From positions 352,001 to 416,000 of the forward strand of contig CM000433.1 of the NCBI GenBank assembly GCA_000165345.1: a DNA stretch of 64,000 nucleotides, written 5' to 3'. How positions within the stretch are numbered: position 1 is the stretch's first letter; every line of letters begins with the position of its first letter. Below are positions 34,493 through 44,938 of the stretch, one piece after another. Below the pieces are notes generated by a model. It did not search any database and was not told where the DNA came from. It saw only the letters and a program-made list of their open reading frames with translations. The position numbers and the translations under genes were made by a program.

Positions 34493-35317
34493 TTATGAAA
34501 GTTGAGAAGGCACAATGTGTGTAGGTGGAGGAAGACGGTCCAAAACTCTTTGGATCTCTTTGTCGTCATAAATAATGAATTTTTTTTCTTTAACAGCAGC
34601 AACTTCTACGTTCACTGAATTGATTTTCTCTTCCATAACTTGTCTAAGAACAATGAGCGCTAAATCTTCTGCTTCTTTCAATGACATATTTGAATTGTAG
34701 TTTTCTAATAGAATGGCCTCTGCACCTTCTTGAGCTGTGCCTATAGCTGCTGCCGAATATTGAGTATATGTCCCTGAAGGGTCCGTCATCCACAAACTTG
34801 AACTACCGTCGCTATCTGCTCCAGCTATTAACATTGCTACTCCAAAAGGGCGAGACATCGACTTTTTCTTGCCTTTTTCTTTAATATCGGAGAAATCCAA
34901 TGCTAAATCGCTGATAGATTGGACTACAGACTGAGTTGGAATATTCTCATTATATGTGAAAAAATAATTCTGAGATTCCACCCTAGCATGATCTATCATC
35001 GTTTTTGCGTCTGCAACAAGTCCGCTCATACAACAGCCAACGTGCCTATCAATTATCATGATCTTCTCTAGATTTCTTGGTTCCAATAAAGGTGAGCTAA
35101 TACGCTTCTCGCTTGCAAGGATAACACCTTCTTTTGTTTTTATTCCAACTGCAGTTGAGCCTAACTAAGAATATTAAAATGCTATATATTTCCTGGAGAA
35201 CTTTTTTCTCTCACAACTTACCTTAATTGCAGCAATTGCATATTCTACCTGAAACAAACGGCCTTCAGGTGAAAATGTGTTCACTCCCCTGTCATATTCA
35301 TTCCTTGAAGCAAACAT
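34493..35317 (-). CDS. Proteasome subunit alpha type-5 (PSMA5 / Pup2). join(complement(35222..35317), complement(34493..35164))
   Basis: Exon 1 [32 protein letters not shown] is followed by a 57-nt intron (GTAAGT...tcttAG), then [36 protein letters not shown]... The whole protein aligns with human PSMA5 ([46 protein letters not shown]...). The ORF track shows only the downstream exon. Confidence 0.9.
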
Positions 35318-35553
35318 TATTAATTTAAACTAAGGACTTAATTGCAATCTTGACTCAGAATAAATCAATAAATATTCGAGGCCCTAAAGTAATTTTATAA
35401 AACGCAAATTTATCTTTTACTCAAATTAATCCAACGTACAAAGCAACTTATTCTCGCCGCCCCCCCCCCACGTTTTATTTCTGCATTCCCCTCTATATTG
35501 GTAAAAAAAAAATAGCCCTCTAAAAGCCGCTAAATAATCAAATATTGACTAAA

Positions 35554-35873
35554 ATGGTTGATAAACTAAAAATAAATATTTACTCAGCAAACAAACAGAA
35601 TATTAGAGAAGTTTCCACAAAATGTGTTGAATTTTTGAAAAGTGTAAGTTTCCTGCCACAATAAATTTGGAAACGAATCTAACCGATCTGCAATTTAAGG
35701 GAGAAAATAGAACGGTTGTATTGATAGCGAAATCATCTGCAATACCAAAAGCTATTTCTATTTCGGAGATCATAAAGATGGAAGTTCCAAACGTTTCTCA
35801 AGTAAATTCATTAATAAACTTAGAGGTAAGTCTTATATTTTCTGAAAAGCAAAACTTAAAGAAATTAGGATGA
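35554..35873 (+). CDS. Small Alba-like protein (Alba / Rpp20-Pop7 fold). join(35554..35643, 35700..35873), 3' end uncertain
   Basis: Exon 1 (MVDKLKINIYSANKQNIREVSTKCVEFLKS) and exon 2 (GENRTVVLIAKSSAIPKAISISEIIKMEVPNVSQVNSLINLE...) are joined by a 56-nt GTAAGT...tttaAG intron. The pattern (vmnYv..v.e.l..g..eVvlkArG.aIskAv.vaEi...) fits the Alba fold. A second GTAAGT at 35826 may be another intron or a coincidence. Confidence 0.4.
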
Positions 35874-36145
35874 AAGTGAAAAAAGAAGAAAAAAAATAGA
35901 GATAAATATCGAATTAATGCAAATCAAAAAATCTGAACATCTATAAAGTGATTAATTTTCATTAATCAAACCCAGGTTTGGGACTTTTTAATTCTGATAA
36001 TGTACTGACAATCCTGGAATAATTTTCCTGTCACTTCGTCACCAGATCAAACAATAATTGTTAAATTACTAATATTTTATCCTTTATTGTTTAGTAAATA
36101 TAAATCCTAGTTTTTATATTATGAATTAATATACTATTGTAATAA

Positions 36146-37183
36146 ATGAATAATGCAAAAACAGCGTTTGAATTAAATACGCGTATTGAAACCGTAAATT
36201 GTATTAGTAATCAAAAGTCAATAAATTGCTATCTTAAAGACGACCCATCAGTAATAAATATTTCATATAAAGAACCATTAAGCGAAAAAATGGACGAAAT
36301 TAAAGCCAAGTCATACAGAAAAGAATTTTCTCGCTCCAATATTTTAACCAAAGAACAGCTAAATAACTTTAGGACAGTGTTATGTAACGACCACCTTAAT
36401 TCAAACTGTCTAGATCCTGAGACATGTTTCTACTCGCACTGCACTGCATGGCAACGTAGGAATCCTACAAAATATAAATATTCATCAAATATTTGTCCTG
36501 ATATCGAATTTTCGAGAAAAGGAACTAAAGGAAGGATGTCATTAAATTGCAGATGTAAAAAAGGAAAGTTTTGTGAATTTGCTCATACAAAAGAAGAGGA
36601 ATTATATCATCCAGATGCTTATAAAACAAAAAAATGTAATACCTTCCCAAACTGCAAGAGATTCTATTGTCCATTCATTCACGATAGTGAAACAAATTTA
36701 ATAAATTTTAATGAAAAAAATTTAAAAGAAAAAATAAGTGATGATATGATACCTATCACTTCTAAAAATGAAAAATCTGATGAAAAGAGGATTGTGAATA
36801 TCTTTAGTCCGTATTCTCAAGATAAATTTAAAAGAAACAGAGAAATAAATTTTGGTGAGTTGAAGCATGAATTACTAATTAAACTGGTCAATTGCCAGAA
36901 ACTAGTGCTTGAAGAAAAATATTCATCAGCACAGAATTTAGCTGAAGATTTTACCTCAATGATAACATATTTATGTAGAAGCTGTTTTCTTCCAGAAATA
37001 TTTTCAACAAATTCAAAATTGAATAATTTTCAACATGAATTTCTTTATCCAGAAAATATTACAAATCAACTCAATAATAATCACATGAAGGATGTATTTA
37101 ATTTTTCGTTTGACTTTAAACATTTTTTAAAGGATGAAGAATTAAAAAGAAATTATTTGTTAGAAGATTTATTCACTCATTAG
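36146..37183 (+). CDS. CCCH-type zinc-finger protein
   Basis: Several C-x(n)-C-x(n)-C-x3-H units: CRCKKGKFCEFAH, CNTFPNCKRFYCPFIH and CLDPETCFYSHC. Confidence 0.6.
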   Translation: MNNAKTAFELNTRIETVNCISNQKSINCYLKDDPSVINISYKEPLSEKMDEIKAKSYRKEFSRSNILTKEQLNNFRTVLCNDHLNSNCLDPETCFYSHCTAWQRRNPTKYKYSSNICPDIEFSRKGTKGRMSLNCRCKKGKFCEFAHTKEEELYHPDAYKTKKCNTFPNCKRFYCPFIHDSETNLINFNEKNLKEKISDDMIPITSKNEKSDEKRIVNIFSPYSQDKFKRNREINFGELKHELLIKLVNCQKLVLEEKYSSAQNLAEDFTSMITYLCRSCFLPEIFSTNSKLNNFQHEFLYPENITNQLNNNHMKDVFNFSFDFKHFLKDEELKRNYLLEDLFTH

Positions 37184-37236
37184 CTCGCTATCGCATTTAT
37201 TTTTACTGTTACTAAACGCGAAAAAACTTCAGAAAT

Positions 37237-39231
37237 TTAATATCTTTTCATTTTCTTTGTAGCTAATAGATTAAATGAGTCATCTTCTAACTCGCTTAAA
37301 ACGGCACAATTTTTATTATTATTCTGCTTAGATTTGTTTATTGATAGCAAATTTCTCTTCAATTTCTGTGTTCTCTTTTCTAATAATAACTTTTTGTTGA
37401 ATTCAGTGGGTTTATAAATAGGGTTTGTGGGATCTATTGCAAAATCTGCATCTGTAAATATCTTTGATATTCTTGGGTCGTTAATAGCGCCCAAGAAATT
37501 ATTTTGAGTTGATTCTTTTAATGCATTTGCAATTAGTTCTTTTCTTCTTTTTGATTTGATTTTTTCTCCGGACCTTTCAATTAATGATATTTTCTTCATA
37601 TCAAAATGCCTATCGTCATCGCTTGAGTAAGTATCTTCATTATTCTGCGCAGAGTTATCTGAATAAACGTTCTTAATTGGCTTGCTTGTTACTCCTTTTT
37701 CTCTTTGGAGTTTTTGCTCCTTGATCCTCTCTCTCAATTGAATCTTCCTTTCCTTCCTTTTTTGTTTTCTTTTTTCTAAATATGCCTGCCACGGTGTAAT
37801 TTGTTTTTGGATTTCATCACTAGTTGATGCGTCTTCCCACTTTTGTTTGCCTTTCGCAATCAAATCCATTGACAAATCCTCAAGATCAGGATTAAATTCT
37901 ATTTCAACCTGACTGTAATCTTTACCTTTGCTATTGAATAATTCATTTATATCGTTGTTAGTTAAAAGGCTTGCTTCACTCGCAGGGTCTAATTTATTTT
38001 GATTAATTTCCTCATCAAAAATTTCCTTTGCATCGCCTAATAGAATTTCTCTCATCCCTGAAGAAAAATCCGGCAATTCATTATTTAAAGACAAGCTAGC
38101 CCCTTCTTTAGAAAATTCATCTTCATCGCTACTAGAACCTAAATAGGCATCAAAATCATTATTTAGTAATTCTTCCGGTGTAAATTTTTTTCTCAAAAAT
38201 TTAACTCTCTCAATTGGAGTATCGTCCCAAGTCAGTGCGGGTTTAGAATGCCGTAATGCAGATGTAAAGCATTCAGGTTGTTTGTATTTAACAGGAATTG
38301 ATGTAGATTCACTAATTGGCTCAAATTGAAAGTCAACAATATCATCAGGAATAAACCTAATTTCAAGACTATCAATGCAAAATTCAGCTTCCATCCCATC
38401 CAATTCGTCATAAAGTTTAATTGCAGTTTCAACGCAATCACATTCTACAACTGCAAAGTAATACAGGGATTTTTCTACCTGGTACTTTCGTATTGCTTCA
38501 TAGTCCTCCTCCCCTATTTCGTTGCTTAACTCGAAACTTTTAATTTCTTTACCACATACATTTCCCTCGTTTCCAATCATCGGCCCATTAACAGACTCGT
38601 ATTCCATGCGTTCCTTACCATACTTAGAAGGATATATGGAAATTTTTTTAAGTTTTGAATTTGATTGGCCAGGATTAATTGACGTAGATGAAAATAAAAA
38701 GCTTGAAAGAACTACATATATATCGTCTGCAGTAATATTATCCCAGTCGAGTCCCAACAATGCAAGCCTGTTTGTTTCAGCCCCCTCAGATAGGCCGAAA
38801 TTATTTAGTGGATTATTTTCCCAAATAGAATTTGAAGCAGTCTTCTCTTTATAAGAATTAATACGTAGCGTATCTTCGTCTGAAGCTAAATCATCGCTCT
38901 CTCCTTCCCACTGGAATGACTTTTCAGAATCTGATGAGTTAATTGTTAATGTAGATTCATGTTTTTTTAATTCACTATTACTAGTGTCACTGTCCTCCTT
39001 ATTTTCATATAACAAATTATGATATTCATCTTTCTTAATCGACTTTTTTCCAAATGGGTCTTTTACTGAGATTACGGAAAAATCATCATCAGTGAACATA
39101 CGGCCAAAACGCTTGTCAATCTTTACCTTATGTTCCTTTCGAATTAAAGGTTTGAACCTAGGATCCGTGCGAGAATTAAACCTCTCTGTATCATCCAACG
39201 TTAATTTAGTTTTGGCTTTCCTTTCCTTCAT
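37237..39231 (-). CDS. Pre-rRNA processing protein Esf1 (NUC153 domain)
   Basis: N-terminal DPRFKPLIRKEHKVKIDKRFGRMFTDDDF matches the Esf1/NUC153 signature. Acidic, Ser-rich middle region and basic C-terminal coiled coil are typical of Esf1. Confidence 0.75.
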   Translation of the reverse strand: MKERKAKTKLTLDDTERFNSRTDPRFKPLIRKEHKVKIDKRFGRMFTDDDFSVISVKDPFGKKSIKKDEYHNLLYENKEDSDTSNSELKKHESTLTINSSDSEKSFQWEGESDDLASDEDTLRINSYKEKTASNSIWENNPLNNFGLSEGAETNRLALLGLDWDNITADDIYVVLSSFLFSSTSINPGQSNSKLKKISIYPSKYGKERMEYESVNGPMIGNEGNVCGKEIKSFELSNEIGEEDYEAIRKYQVEKSLYYFAVVECDCVETAIKLYDELDGMEAEFCIDSLEIRFIPDDIVDFQFEPISESTSIPVKYKQPECFTSALRHSKPALTWDDTPIERVKFLRKKFTPEELLNNDFDAYLGSSSDEDEFSKEGASLSLNNELPDFSSGMREILLGDAKEIFDEEINQNKLDPASEASLLTNNDINELFNSKGKDYSQVEIEFNPDLEDLSMDLIAKGKQKWEDASTSDEIQKQITPWQAYLEKRKQKRKERKIQLRERIKEQKLQREKGVTSKPIKNVYSDNSAQNNEDTYSSDDDRHFDMKKISLIERSGEKIKSKRRKELIANALKESTQNNFLGAINDPRISKIFTDADFAIDPTNPIYKPTEFNKKLLLEKRTQKLKRNLLSINKSKQNNNKNCAVLSELEDDSFNLLATKKMKRY

Positions 39232-39467
39232 TTTTAATCTAATATTTATTTAAAATATAAAATAATTCAGATATATCGTAACTGTTGTCAAACCTGGCGG
39301 CACGTTTTGCATTTTACCTACAAATCAATCTACAAATTACAAAATAATCAATTAGGCAATAAAAATATTAAGCAGTACGGAAAGTATACTCGTATTGAAC
39401 TTAATAAATACTTTGCTAGAATATAATGCTAGTACTGAAATAACAACGAATAATCAAATATATAATT

Positions 39468-41480
39468 CTATTTGAGATTATACAATTGGGCAGGCGTAAT
39501 ATTATCAAAAATATAATGGTGAAAATTTTCGCCATTTAAATAATTACTTTTGCTTCTAATGGAACAACTGTTGCTTTCCATGTTTTTCTCATCGTCACTA
39601 GGCGTAGCAAAAGTCGACTTAAAGTGGTGAATCTTTGACCCTTGTAAATTTAGAATATGAAGAATATTTCCTGATAATATTGATTTTATTATTTGAACAA
39701 TATTAAGGTGAACTCTAAATAGATGGTTTAATGAATCGGAAAATGGCTTGCAAATTGAGTTGATATTAAGGCTTTTGTGAGAAAAAATTATAATAAGCTG
39801 ATTGCTTGTATTGTGCAAGAATTTTTTAATAAATATACCAGAGCTAAATGTATTGGGAGCAATAACATGCATTGAAATTAGGTAAAATGGAAATGTATTA
39901 ATAGTTGAAATTGTAAAAAACAATAATACCAAAGCAATATATACGCAACTCCAAATGAATAGGAAATTAATGTAAAAAGCAGTTATTGTGGGAAGGATTA
40001 AAACAAAAATTGTAAATAATATCGTACCAATTAAAAGCTGTTCAGAATAGTGTGAATTATGATCTATATTCGAAAAAATATTGCTCTTTAAGCCTCTGAA
40101 AATATAAAAAAATGTTTTAATTGCTTTCAGATTTAAATTATATAACTTTGCCATAATTGTATAGATAAAAAATAATAGAAATGAATAAATATTAAGTATA
40201 TCCCAAATAAGTGCTACCGATACTGACATACCGCAAGTAATAGAGACAAATTTGATCAAAAATATCATGTTATGATTCAAATCAGAAAAATGTTGGCTTG
40301 TAAGGTCGCACCAAAATTTCAATGCTGCTAATGTGAGATTACCCATAACTGTTGTAAGATTTTGATTGAGTTTGAACCCAGCAGGAAATGACATTAACCA
40401 TTTAACTTGAGTATGTATTGCATCGTGATAAATATAGAAGAATGACTTTTCCATAAGAATAACAAGTTCTCTTGAAAATGTGTCGATACCAACTGCAAAC
40501 AATACTCCCAATAAATAATCAACAATTACAGTGGTAATTGAAGATAAAAATAAAAGCCTTAAGGAATTGTAAAGTTTTTTATTTAGTTTAACTTTTGAAT
40601 CTTTCAATATGTGATTCAAAATTATCCAATTTCTCTGATTTTTAATTCTATACGCTGCCTGAGAAATCGTTGCGCAAATGTTTTTTTGTATCAAAGTTTG
40701 AATAAAGGGAAAATTTGAAATACAAGACCAAATAACTGATGAAGAAAACGATAATAATGTTAGAGAATAAAATAGCAAATACCTGAATATTTGTAAGAAA
40801 AAAGGATCAAACTCATTTTGCTGGTTAGTATTAAATGTTGAAAGTGTGTCTAAATATTTAAAATCAATATAGTCATCCATAATAGTCTTGAAATGTTCAA
40901 ATAATGAATCATCATCCACATTTTCATCTGCCAGACCAACGGAAGTAATATAATCATCAACTTTTAAATCATTTTCAATTGAATAAATAACATTATCAAG
41001 AAAATGATTGGCGTTATTGAGCATTTTTGATAAATTAATAATTCGAGTTCTTTGATCTGAAAATAAAATAATATTAACTTTATCAGTTGTAATTAAATTA
41101 AAATTGCAATCGTTGATACTTAAAATTTTTAAACAAATTTCTTTGCATTCTGGCCCAATGCCTGAAATTGCAGTAAATACAATATCGCTTAAGTGCTTTG
41201 AAACATCTTGAAGATTAAAAGAACCAGAATCTGATTGAAAGTCAATTTTCCCACAAAAAAACCTAAATATTCCAATAACCTTAGTGTTATCATAGAGATT
41301 TAATGAATAATGGTCTTTAACTGGGCAAAGCGATTCAGCTGCGAATATTCCAACTGATTTTCTCAATTTGTAGTACTTTCCTAATACAAAGTAGCAGTTT
41401 TCTGATTTCTCTGATATATTATCTATTAGACTCTTAGGAAATAGAAGAGATAGTTGCGTTGGATAGTCTTTAGCTATCAT
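39468..41480 (-). CDS. GPI-GlcNAc transferase complex subunit PIG-Q / Gpi1
   Basis: WLMSFPAGFKLNQNLTTVMG matches WLMGAPAGLKLNNELSAFLG. IFRGLKSNIFSNIDHNSHYSEQLLIGTILFTIFVLILPTITAFYI matches [45 protein letters not shown] of human PIG-Q. Multi-TM C-terminal half. Confidence 0.85.
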   Translation of the reverse strand: MIAKDYPTQLSLLFPKSLIDNISEKSENCYFVLGKYYKLRKSVGIFAAESLCPVKDHYSLNLYDNTKVIGIFRFFCGKIDFQSDSGSFNLQDVSKHLSDIVFTAISGIGPECKEICLKILSINDCNFNLITTDKVNIILFSDQRTRIINLSKMLNNANHFLDNVIYSIENDLKVDDYITSVGLADENVDDDSLFEHFKTIMDDYIDFKYLDTLSTFNTNQQNEFDPFFLQIFRYLLFYSLTLLSFSSSVIWSCISNFPFIQTLIQKNICATISQAAYRIKNQRNWIILNHILKDSKVKLNKKLYNSLRLLFLSSITTVIVDYLLGVLFAVGIDTFSRELVILMEKSFFYIYHDAIHTQVKWLMSFPAGFKLNQNLTTVMGNLTLAALKFWCDLTSQHFSDLNHNMIFLIKFVSITCGMSVSVALIWDILNIYSFLLFFIYTIMAKLYNLNLKAIKTFFYIFRGLKSNIFSNIDHNSHYSEQLLIGTILFTIFVLILPTITAFYINFLFIWSCVYIALVLLFFTISTINTFPFYLISMHVIAPNTFSSGIFIKKFLHNTSNQLIIIFSHKSLNINSICKPFSDSLNHLFRVHLNIVQIIKSILSGNILHILNLQGSKIHHFKSTFATPSDDEKNMESNSCSIRSKSNYLNGENFHHYIFDNITPAQLYNLK

Positions 41481-41685
41481 TAGATTTGCATATTAATTTA
41501 AAAACCGATACGATATTGCTTTACTAAATTGTTCTTACATAATCACACGATTTGTCTATTTTAATGGGCATGGAATTAGGCGGCAAGCGAAAGCACTAAA
41601 AAATTTTAATTTGGTCTGCAATGACACTAATTTTGAGATATAACCCTATAGAAATAGGAATTTATCATTGCTATAAGCTAAATAT

Positions 41686-43899
41686 ATGACATTTGTTATT
41701 AGTTCAAATGAAAGATCCGTACCTTGGTATAGTAAGAATGAGTTTTTTGAAGTGTTTTCTTGGATAATTGATTCAGAAATAAACTCAAAACAATTGGCAC
41801 TTAACAGGCTAAAAATATGGGAAGAAAGAAGTCATGGGATTACGAAACAATGTCCAATCGCGATAATTGGCACTTCATATATTTTACATACAATGCTTCA
41901 AGATAAAATATGGAATTGGAGTTCTATTAGTGAAGGAATCAAGTCTGGGTCATTAAATAAAAGTTTCAAAATTTTATCGGAAAAAATTTTGAATGGAGAA
42001 ATGAAAGTTTACAAAAATGATGTAATTGACAAAAACGAATCCCTAGAAACTTATTATTCGGGTATATATTTTTCTATTCAGAATCAATACTGTATGACAA
42101 TAATACGAATAATCAATTTATTTGTAGATCAATGCCAATTACAACTTTATGCCAGATCAATAAGTTCCATATCAGCTGAATTAGGAATTCCTCAAATTTT
42201 GGTTGAAATCAGACATCAGGCAACTCATGGCTCTGAATTACCTTCTTTGGAAATTTGTAGAGTTGGTGGAATTTTAATATTTTTCTATTTAATATCTAAC
42301 TATTGGAAGAATCAATATGATTATCTAACACATTCAATAATGGCATTTAATGAAAACATTTGTAAACGCTTTAAACAATTAGTTCTGCTATTATCAACTA
42401 TGCATTTTGATTGGGATACTCATTATTATTTAGTTGATGAGATCCCACAAAGAGAAAACGAAACTTTATTAGATTCATTCAATAAATACAATGAAATTTA
42501 TCACAACTCTCTAACGAAAGTTGTGCTTGAATATATTTCCATTGATATCCCTATAAGAAACAAAATTTTGAAATTTTTTGAAAAAAGATCGAGAACAAAA
42601 ATTAAAAGTGAAAGAAAGGATGCAAATAAAATGATAAAAATTTTAACTAAGTTCGGACAATTAAATAATGATAGTAAAATTAAATTAGGGAAATTAAAAA
42701 AATGGGTAAAAAAATGTTACTCACTATTACCTTTATTTTATAGTCTAATTGAGAAGATTATGAAAACAATTAAAAATAATGAAGCTGATGAAATCATTAT
42801 TAAAGAGTTTATATTTAATGAATTGATGAATATTTGCCCATTATGCTGCCCAATTTCTGAAATTGCAGTATTATTTTTATTAAGTTTGGTAAGTAATAAT
42901 ACAAAAATAGAAATCCTTTCTATGATAATATCAATATTACTCGAGAGCAAAAACTTATCGATGAACAATCACGCCAGACAAGATGAAAATAAAGTACTCA
43001 AATGTAAACAAGATAAAAAAAATCGGCTTTTTTATTGGCTTAGAATACTACTTCCAGAAACAAGGACTAATCAAAAAGATAAATTACCAGTAGGTATGAA
43101 CTATAATTGTATAAACAACAAGCGAGTGATAGAAGTTATTCTTTTACTTACTTTTTATAAAAGAATAGAGAAATATAATAATGCAAAGAAGATAATGAAT
43201 TATGAAAGAGTTATTGAGATATTAAACTCGACAAAATATTCTATGTTAATTCTATTTGCAGAGTTAGTTAGTTCAATCCCTGACTTAATAATTAAAAATC
43301 AAATTAAATCGAGCCGTTTTTCGCTAAGCATAATGCATTTGCTTGGTGATTTAAAAGTATTTGATTCCACGTCTAAACTTCTATACGTTTTAATTGAAAA
43401 TAAAGAAATGGCATTAGATAATCTAGAATTATTGAAAAATTTCTTAAAATTCGAACATGAAGATAATTCTTCAGCGCATGAGCAATATTTTAAAAAATCA
43501 AATGAAAAAAATAAAGTGATTGTTGAGGATTTTGGAATAACTCCGTTATTAAAGATTGGTACAAGTTGGAATAGTGACAATTTAAAAATAATTGATCACA
43601 TCCATACATTTCAAAATTTTATTTTTACAGAGGAATCCAACCAAACAAATTCGGATGAAGAGATTAGTGATATTGATTTAATTGATTGTACTATATATGA
43701 TTGTGACGATAATCAACATTTGAAAACAAAGACGCTCAATATGGAATATAATTATTCTACTGAAGAGCAAAATAATCCAATGAATATGTGTTTATTGAAT
43801 GCAGAGGCGTTTATGAGAAAAAATGTTGGAATAAAAGAAATAATGAATGAAAAGGCGATCAACATTGATTGGACCAAAGTAAGCCGTTTTTCAGAATGA
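41686..43899 (+). CDS. Las1-like protein (pre-rRNA ITS2 processing)
   Basis: The N-terminus VPWYSKNEFFEVFSWI...ALNRLKIWEERSHGITKQCPIAIIGTSYILHTMLQD aligns with the Las1/LAS1L N-terminal domain (...[33 protein letters not shown]). Confidence 0.7.
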   Translation: MTFVISSNERSVPWYSKNEFFEVFSWIIDSEINSKQLALNRLKIWEERSHGITKQCPIAIIGTSYILHTMLQDKIWNWSSISEGIKSGSLNKSFKILSEKILNGEMKVYKNDVIDKNESLETYYSGIYFSIQNQYCMTIIRIINLFVDQCQLQLYARSISSISAELGIPQILVEIRHQATHGSELPSLEICRVGGILIFFYLISNYWKNQYDYLTHSIMAFNENICKRFKQLVLLLSTMHFDWDTHYYLVDEIPQRENETLLDSFNKYNEIYHNSLTKVVLEYISIDIPIRNKILKFFEKRSRTKIKSERKDANKMIKILTKFGQLNNDSKIKLGKLKKWVKKCYSLLPLFYSLIEKIMKTIKNNEADEIIIKEFIFNELMNICPLCCPISEIAVLFLLSLVSNNTKIEILSMIISILLESKNLSMNNHARQDENKVLKCKQDKKNRLFYWLRILLPETRTNQKDKLPVGMNYNCINNKRVIEVILLLTFYKRIEKYNNAKKIMNYERVIEILNSTKYSMLILFAELVSSIPDLIIKNQIKSSRFSLSIMHLLGDLKVFDSTSKLLYVLIENKEMALDNLELLKNFLKFEHEDNSSAHEQYFKKSNEKNKVIVEDFGITPLLKIGTSWNSDNLKIIDHIHTFQNFIFTEESNQTNSDEEISDIDLIDCTIYDCDDNQHLKTKTLNMEYNYSTEEQNNPMNMCLLNAEAFMRKNVGIKEIMNEKAINIDWTKVSRFSE

Positions 43900-43905
43900 T
43901 CATAA

Positions 43906-44817
43906 TCATAATTTATCAATATTATCGCTAATTAATCTCGTAGCTTGAATCCATAGCATTAAAGATAAAGGTAACTGTTTCATAGAAGATAATCTTATCC
44001 AATTCATAAGTAATTTTTTGTATTCTTCAATGCTATATTCTTTTTTATTACGATCTATAAACCTTGAAATTAGTGCTTTCTGCAGCTGTTGCTTGTCCAT
44101 TTGATCTGTTCCATCCCAAAGAATATCTTTATCTTCATTCTTGAGTTTCAATATTCTATACCTTATTCTCAACATTAAAAGGAGTTTGCTTCTTGTTGAG
44201 GGTACGCCCATAACTCTTGAGATTGACTGAAGAGTTTCAATATTTAAATTTTCCAGTTTAAACTCTTCCTTTATTGGACCAGAAATTACTTTACCTAGCT
44301 CTTCTTGATCCAACTTGTTTTTTTCCAATAATTCTAAGTGAATTTTTTCTAAGCTTTTCACCCCTGAAATAATATCTGAATTATCAGACTTCTTTAAATT
44401 TGAAATGACGTTTTGGATAAGTGAGTGAAATTCTAAAAGTTCAATTTTTCTTTTATTAAGTATATTATCATCTCTTTCTTTTGTGCTTTTAAGTGCAAAA
44501 GTTGAAGGTAGCATATTTGGGAATAGCTTTATTACAAAAGGAAGACCAAACTCTGCAAAAGGAACAATGATAAAAAAAGAAAATGGAATGATTTTAATGG
44601 TATCCTTAATAGTTGTTTTCACCAATTGCTTTTCATTAAAAGTTAGCCCATTGCCCAATATTCTTTTTTGTATTAATGAATTCGTGTATTTTAAATTATA
44701 AAAAAAATGTCTAAATCCACAAACACTCCAATTAAAGCCTTCTTTCAATGCATGATTAAAACCTCTCAAATATGAGTTTCTTGGTATTCCCTCTACCACC
44801 CTCTTAAATCTAATCAT
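43906..44817 (-). CDS. LETM1-domain protein (short form)
   Basis: LTFNEKQLVKTTIKDTIKIIPFSFFIIVPFAEFGLPFVIKLFPNMLPSTF matches the LETM1 RBD/TM core (LsRRErrQL.RT.aDlfRLVPFsvFiivPFmEfLLPvalKLFPNMLPSTF). The region N-terminal to the domain appears absent. Confidence 0.7.
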   Translation of the reverse strand: MIRFKRVVEGIPRNSYLRGFNHALKEGFNWSVCGFRHFFYNLKYTNSLIQKRILGNGLTFNEKQLVKTTIKDTIKIIPFSFFIIVPFAEFGLPFVIKLFPNMLPSTFALKSTKERDDNILNKRKIELLEFHSLIQNVISNLKKSDNSDIISGVKSLEKIHLELLEKNKLDQEELGKVISGPIKEEFKLENLNIETLQSISRVMGVPSTRSKLLLMLRIRYRILKLKNEDKDILWDGTDQMDKQQLQKALISRFIDRNKKEYSIEEYKKLLMNWIRLSSMKQLPLSLMLWIQATRLISDNIDKL

Positions 44818-44938
44818 TTAGCGAAAAATTGGCTCTTTTTTGTGCAATGACTTGTGGTGGGGGACAGATTGATAGAGGAAAGTTCTTTTAAAAAATTAGA
44901 ATATGAAAAATCGAGTATTAAAATAGCTAAGGTTCTAA

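Noticed and set aside
12760-43899. Apparent cluster of RNA-processing genes (Cactin, Prp3, Isy1, Gar1, NSUN, Esf1, Las1)
   Set aside because: The genes are interspersed with unrelated genes on both strands over 30 kb. In a compact genome where RNA metabolism is a large functional class this is probably coincidence, not an operon-like unit.
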